Positions 10,121-21,566 are shown, numbered from the stretch's first letter. The stretch is DNA of 64,000 nt from an uncultured Armatimonadia bacterium (GCA_963749155.1 CAVVLO010000002.1:480001-544000), one strand, 5' to 3'. Numbers and translations: made by a program. Notes: generated from the letters alone by a model not told the origin.

Positions 10121-12950
10121 ATGGACGCGTTACGCTGGCTGGCAGTCTGCCTGGTGATAATGCTTCTCCCCGCGCTGGCAGCCTTTGGCGCAAGACCGCT
10201 TACCGAAGAGGTCGTGCTTTTCGAAGGGAGCCAGGCAACCAGAGAGCAACCGGCCAGTGCCACCTTCAGCCTGCCAGAGCGCTCACTGCGTTCAGCCGAG
10301 TTGCTAGTGACAGTCTCCGGCTACGCAGAAGGCGTTGGGGGTTCGCTCTGGTTCGAGCTGGACGGGATTGGCGGGCTTGTCTCCTCGGGCCTTGCACCAA
10401 GCTTTGCCGAGGGCTGGCTAGAGCCGGGGCCTGACCGCGAGCTTGCCTTCGACCTGGGCCGGCGTTTCCGGATGGAACACTCGAAACGCAGCAACTATGT
10501 AGTCGTCACGGACGCTGGCGATGCTCTCTTGGTGGATTATCTCGGACCAGCTAGCTGTGCCTGGCGAGCATTCAATCCGCTGCTATCTGGCTGATCCAGC
10601 GGCTGGCCCTGTCAAGCTCTCGGCGAAGCTGCGTCTGACCTACGGCAGACGCCCACTTCTGGCACCTCCTTCTCCACTGAAGCTTGTAACCGATGCGCCC
10701 GAGGGAGATCCCCGCTTCCGTATCGCCTTTGACCGGCTCGAGGCAAGCGGCCGAGGCGCCAGCGCTAGAGGGCTGCGCTTTCTATGTTGGCAAGTCGGTT
10801 GCAGCCCCCTTTGTGAAGCCTGCCGACCTGGAGGGACTTGGTCGAGAAGGCTATCTCATCAAGACTACCAAGACCGCTGGAAGCACCACTTACCTTGTCA
10901 CCGGCACCGACTGGCAGGGCATCGCCTATGGCGCGGTGCGCCTCGCGCGCCTGCTGCTTGCTAGTCCAGAGGCTGCCCAGGTAAATCTGAAGCTTAACCC
11001 AGCACTCCCCCTTCGCGAGGAGTATGAAGAACATAACTGGGGCAACCCGGGCGACCTGGCACGTTACAAGCTGCTGCTGGACCGATATTTCGAGGAAGGC
11101 ATCAATGTGATGAACCTTCCCACGAGCTGGTATGACGCGCCCCCTGAGTATTTCACAGGCGAGTCGAAATACACCTGGGAGAACTGGGATACTGTTCATC
11201 AGACAATTGCCTACGCCCATTCGCTGGGCATCCAGGTGTGGCTTGTAGAAGACCCCTACCTCAACCCTCTGGCTCTGCAACCTGCCGAGACCCTCAAGGC
11301 ACCCCCGCACGAGGAATGGGAGTGGCTTGGCCAGAGCAACCAGCGCGATAATTTTATGATGTGCCTGTCAGCGCCCTTCAGCCTCGAACTGCTGGCTGCG
11401 CACCGGCGCCAGGTCTGGAGCCGCTTCCCGGATGCCGATGGGGTGCTTATCTACTTCGGCGATCCAGGTGGTTGCTGGCATCCCCAGTGCCTGCCCCACG
11501 GCAAGAAGAACCTCGAACTGCTGCGCGACTTCTACGAGCCGCTGGCCCAGGAGGTAAATCCTGCCCTCAAGCTGCGCGTGACGACCTGGGGCCTCAGCCT
11601 GGAGGATACAGCCTACCTGGTAGACCATCTGGACGACTTCCCCGAGCGCGTTGTGGGGCTGCAGATACCCCCCACGGCGATGAGGCCAGGCACCTATCTG
11701 ACTTTCGAGCCCGAACGCGCCGCTCTTAATCAGACGGCTTCCGAGAAGCTGCCTGTCGTGTTACAGCAGTTTCACGAGGGAGTCGGTTTCCAGGACGCCT
11801 GGGTAGATGGCTGGGAGCATCCGATGCCTCGTCAGATGACCACCAATTTCCGTGGAGTCTGGGAGCCGGGCAGCTCGCTCGCCGGTAATTACGGCAGCCC
11901 CTTCGAGCTGTCGCACCAGCTTGTTGACCTGCGCATCGGGATGGAATGGGGCTGGTTCCCCGAAGAGGAGGCCTCAGCCCTCCTGCGCCAGTTCGGCGAT
12001 GAGCAGTTCGGCCCTGGAGTGGGGCCTGACTTCGCCCGCGCGATGCAGCTTATGGAGGACTACTGGGCCGCCGAGGCGCGCCGCTTCCACTTTGACACCA
12101 ACAGGCTGACCGATCAGCAATTAGCCCAGGTAAAAAAGTCGCTCGGAATCGCCCAGAAAGCTCGCGCAAGTCTACTTGCAGCAGGACCAAAAGTGACCAG
12201 CGCTTGCCTCTCTACTACAAGGGCTTCGTGGACCTTGCCATCCTGATGGAGCTTGGCGCGACCGTCAACCTGAAACGCGAGGAGGCCTTGCGGCTGTCCG
12301 AGGCGCGCCGGCTCGAGGAAGCGACAGTCGCCGCCGAGGAGGCGCTCCTTGCAAGTCAGCAGGTCGTTCAACTCGCTACGGCTTCGGAGCGTTATAACTG
12401 GCTGACAGGGCATCCCTGGTGGCGTGACAGTTGGGCTATCGGCAAGCGGCCGGCAGCGCTGGAGGCGCTGGTCGAGCAGGTGCGCCACCCAGTTAACTGG
12501 ATAGAGGTGCCTCTGGCTGCGCCAGAACTGACCGCTGAGGGCTGGGAGCCAGTCGGCGAAGGCACGGTAGAGTTCACCCGCACAGGCCCCAAAGGCGCGT
12601 CCGCTGCCGTGCTGACGGTCGAGGCAAGTGACACCTGGGCGCTAATCGAGCCCAGGCAGTTCTTGAATCCGCCTTCGGGCGAGGTCTGGCGCGTCGAGTT
12701 GGACGCCCAGGTGCTCTCGGGGGTTGCGATGGTCTATGCGGACTGGTTCGGCGCTTCTACAATAACCGACGGGGTAAATATCGATATCGGTTTTTACCCA
12801 GATAAAAAGTGGCATACCTACCGGCTCGATGTGCCTGTGCCCCCCAATCCAGAGGGCGCGCCGCTGACCTTGCGTCTGGTCGCCTACGGCACGCCCCATA
12901 AGGTGGCGCTTTCCAGGGTGCGCATCTTCAGGCCGGAAGCTCGCCCTTAG
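10121..12950 (+). CDS. Secreted multidomain glycoside-hydrolase-like protein (GH20/GH67-type domain, TIM barrel, C-terminal beta-sandwich); three frameshifts near 10538, 10746 and 12200
   Basis: Joins ORFs 10121..10594, 10521..10964, 10693..12246 and 12204..12950. Signal peptide; LGREGYLIK...VTGTDWQGIAYGA; TIAYAHSLGIQVWL; FPDADGVLIYFGDPGGC. Confidence 0.65.
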
Positions 12951-15900
12951 AAACGCGCAATTATCGTGAGCGGCCCGTCCCAGTCTCTCAAGCGCACGGT
13001 GCCTGTTGCCGCGTCGAAATCGCGCCAGGGCACGCCGTCTACGGTTACCGAGACGATAGGCTTGTCATCCGGGTGGCGCAGCCGCACTACCAGTGCCTCG
13101 GGCTTCTCGCGGGTCGGCGGGGTGATCTCGGCTTCGATATAGCCCTCGTCTGTATGCGAGGTAATTGTGTAGGAGACCTCTCCATAAAAGGTCGGCAACC
13201 GCTTCACGCTGACCTGCTGGCCCTCTCGCAGCCATTGACTGCTGAGGAAAGGTGCTAGCCACAGGTCTTTATCGCGCTCCACCACAAAGAAATAGCGGGT
13301 CACCTGCAAGAAGCTGCCGGTGTCGGCCGACTTGTTCCAGACACTGGCCCAGGGATTCTCGTAGACCGAGCCATCCTCCAGGTTGCACATCGCCGCGATG
13401 GCGTTGAGGCTCGTGCGGACGAAGGCCTTCACATCATCGCGCGCAACGCACACCTCGGGATAACCGCCGTAGTAGGGCTGGGCCCTGGGGAAGCCAGCGC
13501 GCCCGAACCAGTCGGCCTCGCTTTCTTCCGTCGGGAAGTGTCCTGGCACGCCGATAGAGTCGCCACTGTCGAAGAAGCGCCGGTCCTCCAGATAGTTGGC
13601 CATCCAGTCGAGCTGTTCGGAGCCTGGCTCGAAGATGCCCATCTCGCTCATATGCATAGAGCCGACTTCCACATCGTAGAGGCTGATATTGACCCTCGGA
13701 TGGAAGGCCTGGATCTCGTCAGGCTTGCCAAGCTGGAAGGGCGAGATAGGCGCCCAGGTGCCATCGCGCAAGGCCACGATGGGTGACTGGGCCTGGGTCT
13801 GCTTGTAACCGCGCAGGATGGCCTTCTGCAGCTCGCCGGCCGCCTTGAGGAAGCCTTCGGCCTTCGGGTTGTCCAGTCGCTCCAGCGCCTCCGCCATCTG
13901 GGTCAGTCCCGCACAGTAGTAGGCCTGCATCACGAACCCATAACCCCAGTCCTGCCAGTCAGCGATGGTGCCAGGGGGCAGGAAGCCCCACTCGGGCCGC
14001 CGGTTGCCTCGCGCATCGGGCACTTTGGTCTTCTCGGTCTGGTCCACGACCCACTGACAGGTGCGGACGATCTCGGCCTCGTTAGCCCTCAGCCACGCCT
14101 CATCAGCAGTCAAACGATAATGGTCCGCCAGGCACCACAGATGCAGGCCCGTCCCGACGAGGTTGTAACCCCACGACATATACCCCTCGGGCCGGTGGTT
14201 GGCGAGGAAGAAGTCCAGTGAGCGCTTCGCGAAATCTTCGAGGCCCCACTCATCGAGGCCCCGGATAATCCAGTGAGATTCACTATCCAGCGCGCCATAA
14301 TAGGCGGCCGCTATCCACGGCACCACCAGTTGACCTTCGTTGTCGACATTGCGTCCCGCCAGCACGCAGTGCATCGCGGCCGACCTGATAACATCGGCGA
14401 AGTCGCTCTCGGGCAGTTCGATCTCGGCCATCTGCCCCATCAGGGCTTCCCAATAGGCGACTGTCGCCGAGTGCAGCCCTTCACTGTCGGCAAGCACGGC
14501 TTGCTCATGCGACAGGCAGCTGCCACTCCAGCGGCGCATAGGCGACCACTTTGACCGAGGCGCCAGGAGCAAGCTGGCCAGTCCAGGTCGCTTTGCCCCC
14601 GTCGAGCTGGCAGGCAAGACCAGGCGCGCCTTCTCCATCGAAGACCGCCACGAAGCCCTCGGTACTGGTTGCGACTACGCGGTCTCCGACGGCTTCCAAC
14701 CTGGTCGGAACCGTGTTGTATTTCGGGTTCATATGGATTTCGGTATAGGGATAGACTCCAATCACGGTGCCCGGATCGGCATACTGGTTGTCTACGAGGT
14801 CGAGCTGCAGGCTAACCTCGGCGGCGGAATCTGTCGTGTTGGTCACCGTATATTCGGCCACTGCGACCGGTTTGTCATAAAGCCACGGTCCGCCGTGTTC
14901 GGGCGAGCGGGGGGCCCCGAAGGGCGCAACATAGGCCCGTTCTCCATACACCACGCCGTCCTCATCCAGGCGGATAACCGGCACAGGCAGGTCAGGAGCT
15001 TCCAGCTTCCGAGAATAACCTGGCACCACGCCAGCGCCTTCCCCATCGAGGATAAGGTTGTGCCCAGTGCCAAGCTTTGGCGTCAGATAATAGCGCCAGT
15101 AAATCTGATAATGGGTAAGCGAGAGCGGCGCCCCGAAGCGGATTGTCCCGTTGCGGTCCATCCGCAGCTTGCGGTTGTCCCAGCCAAGTGACAGCAGAGT
15201 CGAAGACCTGTTCTGCTGGGGGCGATAATTGGACTCGAGCGCCCCTGCGAAGCTCTGGTCAGGCTTCTCTTGCACCTTTTCGAGGATCGTCTGCTTGCCC
15301 GCGATGGAGGCCAGATAAGCCTGCAAGTCCTGCTGGCAGCCTGAGCCTGCCGCGTAGACACCGGCGTCGGCCATCCAGACAGGCGATGGGCCTAGCAGGT
15401 CGTCCACGGCGATACCGAAGGCCAGTTTGGGCGTCTTCAGCCGCAGCACAGTGCGGTCGAGCTTCCAGGGCCGGGGCGTCGTGTAGCGGACAGTCAACGC
15501 AAGGGGCTTCGACATATCCCACTCGACCTCATCGCGCCACTGCCCGTCCACAAGAAAGTCGCCGTTGTAGCTGGCCACCTGCGCTTTGCCCTTGCCGGTT
15601 GAGGTGAGAGTTATTTTTTCCTCTTCCCAGCGCGAGGTCGTCTCGGCGAGGAAGCCCTTCACCTGCACTGGCCCGGCGCCTTCGAACACCCAGCGGAACT
15701 TCAGGCACTTCAGCGGACACCTCGGGGTCGAGGCTGCTCAGGATTTCGGCGCGCCAGGTTGTTCCGTCAGCCACAAGGGGCGCGTGGAGTTGCTCCCATT
15801 TGCCCTGCCAGAGCGAGTATTCCGAGAGGCCTGTAGTGCTCTTGCGCACCCAGGCTTCCAGCCGGCACCTGGTGATATCCGGCATCGAGGCGGCATCCGG

Positions 15901-16638
15901 AAAGACAATCCCCACGCGCTTAAGTCTGCGCGGAGTCGCCCATTCGAGGCCAAGGCAGCGCTTGCCCTCAGCATAAGCCGGAGCGCTATACAGCCCCTGC
16001 TTCGGCAGCACTTCGGTGGCGAGGTAGAGGTCTTCAGCCGGAAACTCCGTCAGTCTGTCCACCCGCACGCCATCCATCCGGGCGGGATCCCAGGTCATCA
16101 CGGTCGCATAACGCGCAACGTCCACGGGCGCCTGACGCTTTGAGGCGCGGGTTGGTTCAAGCTCCGCGTTCGCAAAGACGGCAGTGCCCCCACCGCCGAA
16201 GGTGACGAGCTTCAGCAGTTTTACACCTGCGAGGGAGAGCGTGACAGATTTCGGCGCGTCGCTCTCGGCAAGCGGCCCACTATCGAAGACAACCTCTCCA
16301 TCGGCAAGCGCTCTGATGGTAACAGGCACCGGGGCGCCGCTAGCCTGCTGGACTCCAACAAGCGTAGAGAATCGGCTGTATTGGCCGTCCACCGATACGT
16401 CTAGCGAAATCGGCACCGGCAGGGCTACGCCAGAGGAGTATTCCTTCCCAGCAATTACAAGAGGAGCGCCCTCGGGCGTAGCGTTCAGCCCCAGCGGCAC
16501 CAGGAAAGGCGAGACGCTGCCCGAGTTGAGACTGATCCCGAGCACTCGGTCTGATAACGGTTCGGGCCGGCCTGCGGCAGCCGCCGTAATAATCAGCAAC
16601 ACAACAAGTCCAATCAAGAGCAACGGCATCGCGTTCAA
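12947..16638 (-). CDS. Secreted NPCBM/NEW2-domain protein with a C-terminal six-hairpin (alpha/alpha) glycosidase-like domain; frameshifts near 15710 and 14520
   Basis: Joins ORFs 15529..16689, 14505..15689 and 12947..14638. NPCBM signature PLVIAGKEYSSGV...FSTLVGV...ADGEVVFDSG...AVFANAEL. Helical barrel segment LWCLADHYRLTADEAWL and GH-type tail LPTFYGEVSY. Start is TTG 16638 (RBS GGAGG) or ATG 16629. Confidence 0.7.
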
Positions 16639-16675
16639 GAAGATCGCCTCCGAAGCGAAGAGCTTTCGGCGGCAA

Positions 16676-16703
16676 GGTTCACCAGACAAGGAGAAGCCCC
16701 TGC
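16676..16703 (-). promoter_or_regulatory. Putative sigma-H-like promoter for the NPCBM gene
   Basis: Minus strand GCAGGG-N17-GAACC. Confidence 0.45.
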
Positions 16704-16726
16704 AGACGTGGCCTTGTTTTACAAGG

Positions 16727-18868
16727 TCAGTTCCCCTGATATCTTCGATTCAGCGGATCTTCTACTTGCTTGCCCGACCAGAACAACTCCAGCAGATCCT
16801 CTAGCGTGCAGGTGCCATCGCGTGTGGAGTTGATGTCCCACCGCCATGTGCCGTCAGGCGCCTGGAATACGCTCTTGGCGCGTTTGATGGCATCGGTGAG
16901 TTGCTCCTCCCAGGCCTTGTAGAACTCGTAGTTGGCCTGATTGCCCAGGATCTGAACCAGGTCATCCCAGGCTTGCTGGTCTGACTGGTTCAAGGTGATG
17001 GCGGCCCGCAGGTGAGTGACCGCCAGGCTTGCAGCCTCTCCGGGCCTGAGCTCTTCAAGGGCCTTCTCCCCCATCAATTCTACTGCCACCTGACGGTGCA
17101 GCCCGGCCTTGCAGAAGTCTTCGTCCAGGATACGCAACGCTACTGCCAAAGGGCAGTCGCGTCGCTTGCGCGCAAGGTCACGAAGTGGACCGATATCATC
17201 CGTCTCTGGCGACCATATGAACTGGTCGCTGAGGAATACCACCATCAGGGGCAGCAACCCTTCTGGAGTCTCATACCGGCTCGGTACCTTGGTCACGGGC
17301 GGGCGTGAGAGGAAGTCCTTGTACTGGCGATCTTTTCGTTCCCATATTCCCCTTACCCGGAGTTCACGCTGCAGGTCCCGGTCTTTGGTCAATTCCGCAT
17401 ACTTGCCCACAGCCTCGGTCAGAGGCTTTGGATCCTCCAGCCAGGGCGTCATCAGATCGAGCCACTGGGTCAGGTACTCGAGGGGCGGGTGTTCCACGCG
17501 GATGGGCCGATTGCTCAGGTCGTCAAGGAGTAAGGTCAGCCTGCCCAGCCACAGGGGGGTCCAGAGCATCATCAGTGCCCCAAGCAGAGAGCCCCGAACC
17601 TCCTGCAACTGCTCGCCGGAGGGAGGCTCGGAGTAATTCGCGAGTTGCTTGCTCAGGTATTCGAAGGCGCCGCGAGAGGCGCTCTCAAGGTCGGGATTTC
17701 CCCCTGCCCCGTTCAGCATCAGTCCCCAGGCCCTCTCGCACTGGTGGAGGGCCGAAGCCGGTCTCGGGCGCCAGGAGAACCTGGCTTGCAGGACTTCTGG
17801 TACCTGCTCCCACAAGGGTACAAGTGGCAGCAGGTCGAATTCGGCACACTCTGCAAGCTTCGGCGCCAGCGCCTCGAGCGTCGCTTTCGCGGTTGCATCG
17901 CGGCGCTCTGGGCCGGCCAGTTCGGCAAGCTGGGCCAGCTTTACAGCCTGCTCGGTGTCACACCAGTTGACTTGAGCACAGAGCACGGGCAGCAACTCGG
18001 CCCACAGTGGTTCGCGCCACTCGGCGGGGGTACCCTCTACAGCCTTGGCCGCGTCTTTGACCATCGCGATGATAAGGGGGTAGCAATGCTCCGCCCAGTC
18101 CCGAAGCCGCCCTTCGAGGGCCTCCATCTGCGCCTCTTGCGGAAGAGAGTCGAGTCCCGTGAAGGCTTCGGTGGTGGGCTCGCAGCTCGAATACCACGCG
18201 AGCGCCTTCGCCCACAGCTCCTCCCAGCCGGGCTTGTCGCGGTAAAGGGCCGAAAACTTGAGTGCCGCCACCATATCACCTGGCGATATAGTAGCTTCGG
18301 AGAGCCTCTGCTGTACCAGAGGCAGCAGCCAGCTTGCTGTCCATTCTGGCAGGCGCTGCCCAGCAGGACCAGCCAGTTCGCTGACATCAAGACACAGGCT
18401 GAGTTCACCTCTGGCCTTGATGCGGTAGTCGAGTAGCAGTTGCAATCCTCTGGCCAGTCGGGCCTCGTCCTGGCAGCGCTCTACCAGGTTGTGGAGCAGT
18501 CCCGAGTCCACATAAAGACCAAGTTGGGGCAGCAACTCGACCCCGCGTTCTGGATCGCCCGACTCGGCATACCACTGCACCACGCTCGCCCAACGAGATT
18601 CGTCGCGGCTGCCTGTGAGCGCCTGCTCCCCTGTGCGCGCTGCCCACAGGTACCACTGGCGCTTGTGTTCGGGATCAGTTGAGTTCTGCGCGTTAATCGC
18701 CCCCTGGCAGGCCTCGGTGTAAAGCTCATCGTCTTTCTTGGGTTTGGCTGTCGACTTCCCCAACTGGTCACTCTTTTCAGTAATCCATTTACTGAGCCCA
18801 CTGAACTGCTTGTCCAGCTCTTTCTTAAAGTCGTCCAAAGCCTTATTCCCCCTCTCCCAGTTCGCCAC
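16727..18868 (-). CDS. Hypothetical ~700-aa protein, probably an alpha-helical solenoid (TPR/HEAT-like)
   Basis: Long ORF rich in L/E/A/W with an amphipathic pattern and no recognisable motif. An alternative TTG start at 18838 has a GGAGAGGGG RBS. Confidence 0.65.
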   Translation of the reverse strand: MANWERGNKALDDFKKELDKQFSGLSKWITEKSDQLGKSTAKPKKDDELYTEACQGAINAQNSTDPEHKRQWYLWAARTGEQALTGSRDESRWASVVQWYAESGDPERGVELLPQLGLYVDSGLLHNLVERCQDEARLARGLQLLLDYRIKARGELSLCLDVSELAGPAGQRLPEWTASWLLPLVQQRLSEATISPGDMVAALKFSALYRDKPGWEELWAKALAWYSSCEPTTEAFTGLDSLPQEAQMEALEGRLRDWAEHCYPLIIAMVKDAAKAVEGTPAEWREPLWAELLPVLCAQVNWCDTEQAVKLAQLAELAGPERRDATAKATLEALAPKLAECAEFDLLPLVPLWEQVPEVLQARFSWRPRPASALHQCERAWGLMLNGAGGNPDLESASRGAFEYLSKQLANYSEPPSGEQLQEVRGSLLGALMMLWTPLWLGRLTLLLDDLSNRPIRVEHPPLEYLTQWLDLMTPWLEDPKPLTEAVGKYAELTKDRDLQRELRVRGIWERKDRQYKDFLSRPPVTKVPSRYETPEGLLPLMVVFLSDQFIWSPETDDIGPLRDLARKRRDCPLAVALRILDEDFCKAGLHRQVAVELMGEKALEELRPGEAASLAVTHLRAAITLNQSDQQAWDDLVQILGNQANYEFYKAWEEQLTDAIKRAKSVFQAPDGTWRWDINSTRDGTCTLEDLLELFWSGKQVEDPLNRRYQGN

Positions 18869-19776
18869 GCGCCGCCTTCATACGGCGCTCCGTATCTATC
18901 GCTTTGAAATGAGCCAGACACTCCCTGTGAACCCGGATGGGCTCGTCCTGCCAACCCCATTGCTCGTGAAGAGGGGGCTGCCCCTCGACCACCTGGGGCC
19001 CTGTCGGCAGGAACCTCGGCGCAAGCCACCGCTGCCCTTCGCCGCAGTTCCAGCAGGCGGTCAGCCCACAGACTGGGCACTTGGTATGGTCCAGGTCACC
19101 CTCGCAGCAGTGACAACCATATCCGTGCCTTCGGGCCTCCTCCTCACGAGTCACACGATATTCCTCATCGGCGCGTCTTGTCTCACGTTCCAGTGACGCA
19201 AGCCTGCGATTCAGCGCTACCCAAAACTCGGGGCTCTCGGCCTTGGGCACCAGGGCAATCAACGCCTGCAATTCGGTTTTGCCTTCCTGGCTTCGGTCCC
19301 AATCTGGCAGGAGAGGCGCAATCGTTTGAGCCGCCTCTCCGCCCCGCCCCTCGCGCGCCAGCTTGAGCGCGTCGGTGATGAGCTTCTGGCGCTTCACTTC
19401 GCTGAGGTTTGTACCGATGACAAGTAGCGACCAGAGGAAGACAATCCCCGGTATGATTTGCCCCTTCGAACCCAGGGCGACAGCTAGGCAGGCAGGTCAA
19501 CCCCAACACGCTCCAGACCAGCACATGGACCCGGATGGCGAGTTCACCGCTAAGGCGCGAGCGTTTGGAGCCGCTCAGAATCAATGCCCAGTAGAGTGCG
19601 CCGATGAGCAGCCAGGCGAAGCCCCCGACAAAGGGCACTAGAAACGCGGCAAGCAGGAAGCAGAAGGTCAGCAGGAGATGGAGCAGCGGGTAGGGCACTT
19701 CCGAAACCGATAAGATAAAGGCGAGCCGGTGCGCCAAAGACGCAAACGGGCTGCTGTGGCCGTGAGGCTCTCCCAT
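18843..19776 (-). CDS. Hypothetical membrane protein with about four TM helices and a C-terminal Cys-rich putative Zn-binding domain; frameshift near 19488
   Basis: The hydrophobic N-terminus of ORF 19183..19776 continues in the frame of 18843..19397 as LAVALGSKGQIIPGIVFLWSLLVIGTNLSEVKRQKL. Cys pattern CHCC-x8-CPVC-x4-CWNC...HREC. RBS GGAGG before ATG 19776. Confidence 0.65.
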
Positions 19777-19898
19777 AGTTTTTCCTCCACTCGGGCCAGT
19801 TCCATCTTATCATATACCTCAACCGTCAAATCGCCTCAGCAAGACGGCCTGAGACTGCAGGAAAAGTCTGGCCACAAGCACCCTATCGCGGAGTCGCA

Positions 19899-21449
19899 TT
19901 ACCTGTTGAACTCGTAGATATGGACGGCATAGGGCCCGAAGGAGTCGCGAAATAGTCCTGATTGGGATTTCTGTTTCCTGTCTTCAGACCATACTTTCGC
20001 CTCTCGACCAGGAGGATTGGTCAGGTGGCAAAGCAAGGTCTCTGTCACAGGATTCACAGCTACAATAAAAGTCTTCCCCTTACAGGCCCACAAGCGTGAC
20101 TGGAGCCTTGGGTCACTCCACTCGACTTCGGCAGACGACTCGCTCTGCACAAGTACCTCCCCAAATCTGGCTACCTCGGTGTTCAACTTGCCAAAATAGT
20201 CCCAGAGAGGGCTATCGGGCAGATACCAGTGCCCGCGCTTCGAATTAGGCAGTGTTTCTCCCGTAAAGTAGGCATACCAGATGATGCCTGTTGCGCCCTT
20301 CACCAGGCCAAGGTAAGCCTGACATCGTAGTTGCTCTGGTTTTGGCTCCAACCACATGGTCGCCTTAGGGTCGTCGCCGCCCGCAAAAGCTTGGGGAACG
20401 TTCCACATTGGCTTCCCGGCGGATTCGGCAATCTTCTTTGTTTCTCGGAGCCAGACTGCATAATCGGAAAGGTCCCGGCTCAAAATACCGTTGCAATACC
20501 TGATGTCATAATAGTCTGGCATTACTACATCCACAGAGTCGATTACTGGAGGAAGGGATGCAATCATGCCAATTGCAGTTCCAACAGGCCGATGTGGGTC
20601 TACCACTTGCGCGGCTTCAGAATAGAAATTTCTGCTAATCTCGATTTGATGGGGCTGGTATGGCTCATCAACTCCATACCACATCAAAACATTCTGCTGG
20701 CGATCCGCGCGTGAGCGCAGCTTTATAAATCCCTCCCTGTCAGTGAAACTTGCCCCCTCTGTAAGCACGGCTAGCCCCTCTCTAGTTGCCTCGCCCAGAA
20801 AGGCTTCAGAGGGCGCAGACCAGCAGTGGACCACTGTATTGAAGCCGCGCGCCTTGACGTCCGCCAGGGCTTGACGCCAGTCTGTATCGGGGAGCCCGAG
20901 CTTCTCTGCTTCCGAGTGGACATATGTTGTGAAAACTGCGGGCTGCATATGGTAGATTCCTAGCGGGAAGAAGGGTTTACCGTTGACATAACATATCCGG
21001 CGATGGTCGAAGGTGACTTCATATCCCCCAGGCGGTAGCACGCGCACCGGCAGCTCCCGCTTTAGCTGCAAAATCTGGTCCTTCGAGTGGAAGCTCAACT
21101 TGAACAGGTAATCGCCTGGACTGAGGTCCGAAAGGTCTCTGGCATACTGGCAACTCCCGTCCTTATCCACCTTCAGGGTAGCCTTCCAGGAATCTGTCAG
21201 CTGCGTATCAGAGACTAGCTCCCCAGCCATATACACTGACAATCCGGGCTTTAGATGTGTATCCAGCCTGATGCGCAGTTCCTTAACCGGGTCTTTTGAC
21301 TGGATCTGATTCCTGTAGCCTGGATAAATAACGGTAAGCTCAGGCTGCTCAGGCTCCGCTCCATAAAGCCCAGTTCCCAGGCAACTCAAGCCCATTCCAA
21401 CAAGCAAGGTTAACAAAGTGCCATAAGTTTTCGGGTGATTCTTCGCCAA
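19899..21449 (-). CDS. Secreted glycoside-hydrolase-like TIM-barrel protein
   Basis: Signal peptide; YVNGKPFFPLGIYH, KARGFNTV, VLMWYGVDEP, VDVVMPDYY, PMWNVPQAF and KGATGIIWY. TTG start after AGGAGG. Confidence 0.7.
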   Translation of the reverse strand: MAKNHPKTYGTLLTLLVGMGLSCLGTGLYGAEPEQPELTVIYPGYRNQIQSKDPVKELRIRLDTHLKPGLSVYMAGELVSDTQLTDSWKATLKVDKDGSCQYARDLSDLSPGDYLFKLSFHSKDQILQLKRELPVRVLPPGGYEVTFDHRRICYVNGKPFFPLGIYHMQPAVFTTYVHSEAEKLGLPDTDWRQALADVKARGFNTVVHCWSAPSEAFLGEATREGLAVLTEGASFTDREGFIKLRSRADRQQNVLMWYGVDEPYQPHQIEISRNFYSEAAQVVDPHRPVGTAIGMIASLPPVIDSVDVVMPDYYDIRYCNGILSRDLSDYAVWLRETKKIAESAGKPMWNVPQAFAGGDDPKATMWLEPKPEQLRCQAYLGLVKGATGIIWYAYFTGETLPNSKRGHWYLPDSPLWDYFGKLNTEVARFGEVLVQSESSAEVEWSDPRLQSRLWACKGKTFIVAVNPVTETLLCHLTNPPGREAKVWSEDRKQKSQSGLFRDSFGPYAVHIYEFNR

Positions 21450-21479
21450 CTTAGCTCGCCTCCTGACCTAGCAAGAAGG

Positions 21480-21508
21480 ACTTCTACTTTAGGAACCTCT
21501 CTCCCTGC
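21480..21508 (-). promoter_or_regulatory. Putative sigma-H-like promoter for the gene starting at 21449
   Basis: Minus strand GCAGGG-N18-GAAGT. Confidence 0.4.
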
Positions 21509-21528
21509 CCAAATGGAAAGCCTGCTCT

Positions 21529-21555
21529 AGAGGGACAAGCTGGATATCACGAATA
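21529..21555 (+). promoter_or_regulatory. Putative sigma-H-like promoter for the DUF6785/6784-type gene (very short leader)
   Basis: AGAGGG-N16-GAATA ending 11 nt before ATG 21567; no RBS visible. Confidence 0.4.
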
Positions 21556-21566
21556 TTTAGATTCCA

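Noticed and set aside
16646..16673. Imperfect hairpin covering the RBS of the NPCBM gene
   Set aside because: The stem is imperfect and the predicted transcription start would cut its 5' arm; there is not enough support for a regulatory RNA.
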